Positions 57,682-60,106 of a DNA stretch of 60,106 bases are shown piece after piece. The stretch is from a virus (lineage: Duplodnaviria; Caudoviricetes). The notes beneath the pieces are model-generated. The model was given only the letters and a program-made list of their open reading frames with translations, was not told the origin of the DNA and made no database searches. Made by a program: the position numbers and the translations under genes. Position 1 is the first letter of the stretch; each line of letters opens with the position of its first letter. The stretch lies in IMG/VR virus record IMGVR_UViG_3300027736_000049, positions 1 to 60,106 of that record. The stretch is one strand, 5' to 3'.

Positions 57682-58185
57682 GTGAACCTGACCCGGGAAA
57701 TGCTCAAAGAGATGTTTGAATACCGGGAAGACGGTAATCTCATCCGTAAGCATACCGTCAGCGGAAATGGCAATAAGGCTGGTCGTGTGGTTGGGACCAA
57801 GCCAAGAATGACGCGCGGTAATAGATATTCTGTCACTACAATTAATGGCAGTCATTGGTGCGTTCACAAACTTATTTATCTGTATCATCATGGTCGGGTT
57901 CCAAGTCAGCTAGATCATGTCAATGGAAATACAGCAGACAATCGGATTGAAAATCTCAGAGAAGCCACGTCTTCCGAAAATATGCGGAACAGAAAGATTT
58001 TTTCCAATAACAAATCTGGCCATAAGGGCGTATCGTGGAGCAAAGCTCACGGTAAATGGTTTGTTTATATGAACGTCAATAACGCTCGAAAGAATTTCGG
58101 GTATTATGACGATCTGGAAATAGCTGCCCTTCTGGCCTCAGAAGTGCGTGATCTTCACCATGGCAACTTCGTTTGCCAACGATAG
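57682..58185 (+). CDS. HNH endonuclease with AP2-like domain
   Basis: HKLIYLY..G...LDHVNGNTADNRIENLR; NKSGHKGVSW; GTG start after AGGAG. Confidence 0.88.
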   Translation: MNLTREMLKEMFEYREDGNLIRKHTVSGNGNKAGRVVGTKPRMTRGNRYSVTTINGSHWCVHKLIYLYHHGRVPSQLDHVNGNTADNRIENLREATSSENMRNRKIFSNNKSGHKGVSWSKAHGKWFVYMNVNNARKNFGYYDDLEIAALLASEVRDLHHGNFVCQR

Positions 58186-58198
58186 AAGGATTGTTACA

Positions 58199-58594
58199 TT
58201 GTCAAACCCAAACATTGCAGCCGTAACCGCCATCTACGGCGTGACCACCTACTACACGCCGTCCGGCACGTCGGCGGTGGTTCTGCTCCCCAATGCCGCC
58301 GCCAGCGGCACGGTGATGCGGGTCAACCAGATCGTCGCCTCCAACGTCGATGGCACGAACGCCGTTAACGCTACGGTGTCGATCTACACCAACGGCGCTG
58401 TAGCTCAGGGCTCGGCTCCCGCTGGCGGCACAGCATACCCCATCATTTCGACGGTTTCTGTGCCCGCCAACGCCTCGCTGATAGTTGCGGATAAGACGAC
58501 CAACATCTATCTGATGGAGGGAACGTCGATCACGGTGACGAGCGGCACGGCGAGCAAGATCACCTACAGCGTTTCCTATGAGCTGATCTCGTAA
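58199..58594 (+). CDS. Hypothetical virion protein
   Basis: TTG start after AAGGA; NPNI...SNVDG...TVSVPANASL...SYELIS. Confidence 0.7.
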   Translation: MSNPNIAAVTAIYGVTTYYTPSGTSAVVLLPNAAASGTVMRVNQIVASNVDGTNAVNATVSIYTNGAVAQGSAPAGGTAYPIISTVSVPANASLIVADKTTNIYLMEGTSITVTSGTASKITYSVSYELIS

Positions 58595-58603
58595 GGATAA
58601 ACC

Positions 58604-59560
58604 ATGTCCAGACGCTACAAGGGCGGTGTAATTAGCGCGACTGCGCCGACGACCAGCACGTCAGCGGCTACAGGCGTTTGGACGCTGCCGCAGCAGATGC
58701 AGGCGCAGGCGGCCGGGACGTGGCCTTCACCTGCTGGTTCTCAGTCCTACACTACTGCTGGGTCATACACTTGGGTTGCCCCTGCGGGTGTGACTTCGGT
58801 TTCTGTTGTTGCAGTTGGCGGTGGGGCCGCTGGTACACCGGGTTTATATAATTGCTGCTGTAGCAGCTACGTAGGTGGTGTCGGCGGTGGTGGTGGCGGC
58901 TTAGGGTATATCAATAATTATTCTGTTACACCCGGCAATTCATATAACCTTGTTGTTGGAAATACGGCTTCGTCAAATCAAAATGGAAATTTTAGCCAGT
59001 TTGTAAATGCAACAACTGTAAAAGGATTTGGTGGTATTGGTGCTGGTGCAGGCCCTGCGGGTGGAACCTACTATGGTACAGGTGGCGGTAATGGTGGTAA
59101 TGGTGGAAGCCCCTCTGTATATTCCAATGGTTCAGGAGGAGGCGGCGCTGGTGGATATTCTGGAACTGGTGGCAATGGCGGTAGCTTATATTCCCTTGCT
59201 GGGGGCAATGCTGCTGCTTGTAGTGGGGGCGCTGGCGGTGGTGGTAGTTACAACGGAGCTGACCAAAGCGGCGGCGCTGGTGGCGGTGTAGGAATATTAG
59301 GTAAAGGAAGCACTGGGAGTGGCGGTATATCTCAACCTAGTCCAACCGGCGGTGGCAGAGGTAGTTGTGGAACATCTGGCAGTAGTGGTAGCGCCGTATA
59401 CCCCCAAACTGGAGGAGCGGGAGGCGCTTATGGGGGCGGCGGCGGCGGCGGCGGCGGCGCCGGCCTCAACCTCGGTGGCCAAGGCGCAGGCGGCGCAGTC
59501 CGCATAGTCTGGCCCGGCGCGACCCGTCAATTCCCATCAACTAACGTAGGTTCTCCATGA
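58604..59560 (+). CDS. Glycine-rich virion/adhesin protein (one module)
   Basis: GVWTL..Q...GTWP head, then Gly-rich module ending GAVRIVWPGATRQFPST. Confidence 0.8.
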   Translation: MSRRYKGGVISATAPTTSTSAATGVWTLPQQMQAQAAGTWPSPAGSQSYTTAGSYTWVAPAGVTSVSVVAVGGGAAGTPGLYNCCCSSYVGGVGGGGGGLGYINNYSVTPGNSYNLVVGNTASSNQNGNFSQFVNATTVKGFGGIGAGAGPAGGTYYGTGGGNGGNGGSPSVYSNGSGGGGAGGYSGTGGNGGSLYSLAGGNAAACSGGAGGGGSYNGADQSGGAGGGVGILGKGSTGSGGISQPSPTGGGRGSCGTSGSSGSAVYPQTGGAGGAYGGGGGGGGGAGLNLGGQGAGGAVRIVWPGATRQFPSTNVGSP

Positions 59561-60106
59561 CAACGAGATATGTTGGCGGTTTCATCACCAAGGCACCTGT
59601 CACGCCGACAACATCGGCGGCGTCTGGCATATGGACGCTTGATCAGGCTACCCAATACATCAAGGCTGGGACGTGGCCGCGACCGGGCATTGGTTGCTCA
59701 ACCACATATGCCGCGCCCGGAACGTATACTTGGGTTGCTCCTACCGGCGTGACCAGCGTCAGTGTTGTAACGGTAGGCGGTGGGGCAGCCGGAGGATGCG
59801 GTGGCAGCAGGCTAGGCGGCGGTGGCGGTGCATTAGGATACAAAAACAACTATTCTGTTACCCCCGGCAATTCTTATACAGTTGTAGTTGGGGCACCGGG
59901 CAGTAGAAACGCCCCAAGAGTTGGCAACGATTCATATTTTGTTTCTACCGCTGTAGTCAAAGGTGGCGGTGGATTATGCGCCGCTGGGGGTCTATCCACC
60001 TACGTAGGCGACGGCGGAGGCCAAGGTGGGTCTGGTGGGTGCCGCGCTCTTTGTTGTGGCGGCGGCGGCGGCGGCGGGGGCGCAGGCGGGTACGCTGGGA
60101 ACGGGG
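59557..60106 (+). CDS. Glycine-rich virion/adhesin protein, 5' part (not in ORF track; runs off the end)
   Basis: ATGA-coupled; MTTRYVGGFITK...GIWTL...GTWP...; open to the end, finishing GAGGYAGNG. Confidence 0.8.
   Translation, partial: MTTRYVGGFITKAPVTPTTSAASGIWTLDQATQYIKAGTWPRPGIGCSTTYAAPGTYTWVAPTGVTSVSVVTVGGGAAGGCGGSRLGGGGGALGYKNNYSVTPGNSYTVVVGAPGSRNAPRVGNDSYFVSTAVVKGGGGLCAAGGLSTYVGDGGGQGGSGGCRALCCGGGGGGGGAGGYAGNG

Noticed and set aside
58604-60106. Diversity-generating retroelement or invertible shufflon acting on the Gly-rich modules
   Set aside because: No reverse transcriptase, adenine-specific template/variable pair, invertase or inverted cassettes recognised.

Overview
The window is a near-complete (~60 kb) tailed dsDNA phage genome opened inside a glycine-rich virion gene; the two ends overlap by 20 nt with one synonymous mismatch. 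It is probably podovirus-like: there are large ejection-type proteins and no recognisable tape measure, tube or sheath. An alphaproteobacterial host is suggested by GcrA, DnaA-domain-IV-like and OmpR/CtrA-like DNA-binding proteins. A long + strand late arm (36.7 kb to the end, continuing 1-20.2 kb) encodes terminase, portal, GroES, scaffold, major capsid protein, collagen-like and Gly-rich fibres, a 2OG-Fe(II) oxygenase, a TPR glycosyltransferase, lysis genes and giant internal virion proteins. A - strand arm (20.1-31.5 kb) carries recombination, helicase and small accessory genes. Next come a primase-helicase with a GTAC-repeat putative origin and an early - strand operon with a C5 methyltransferase split over two overlapping frames. 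The strongest candidate new system is a recurring (A/K/S/R)xGG motif, often beside an Ala-rich helix, in at least six virion-associated proteins; it divides the 2374-aa protein into segments and may be a capsid-sorting or polyprotein-processing signal. Several structured intergenic RNAs also occur in the head operon. I recognised no integrase, DNA polymerase, tRNA or CRISPR array. All family calls are by-eye motif recognition, not database searches.
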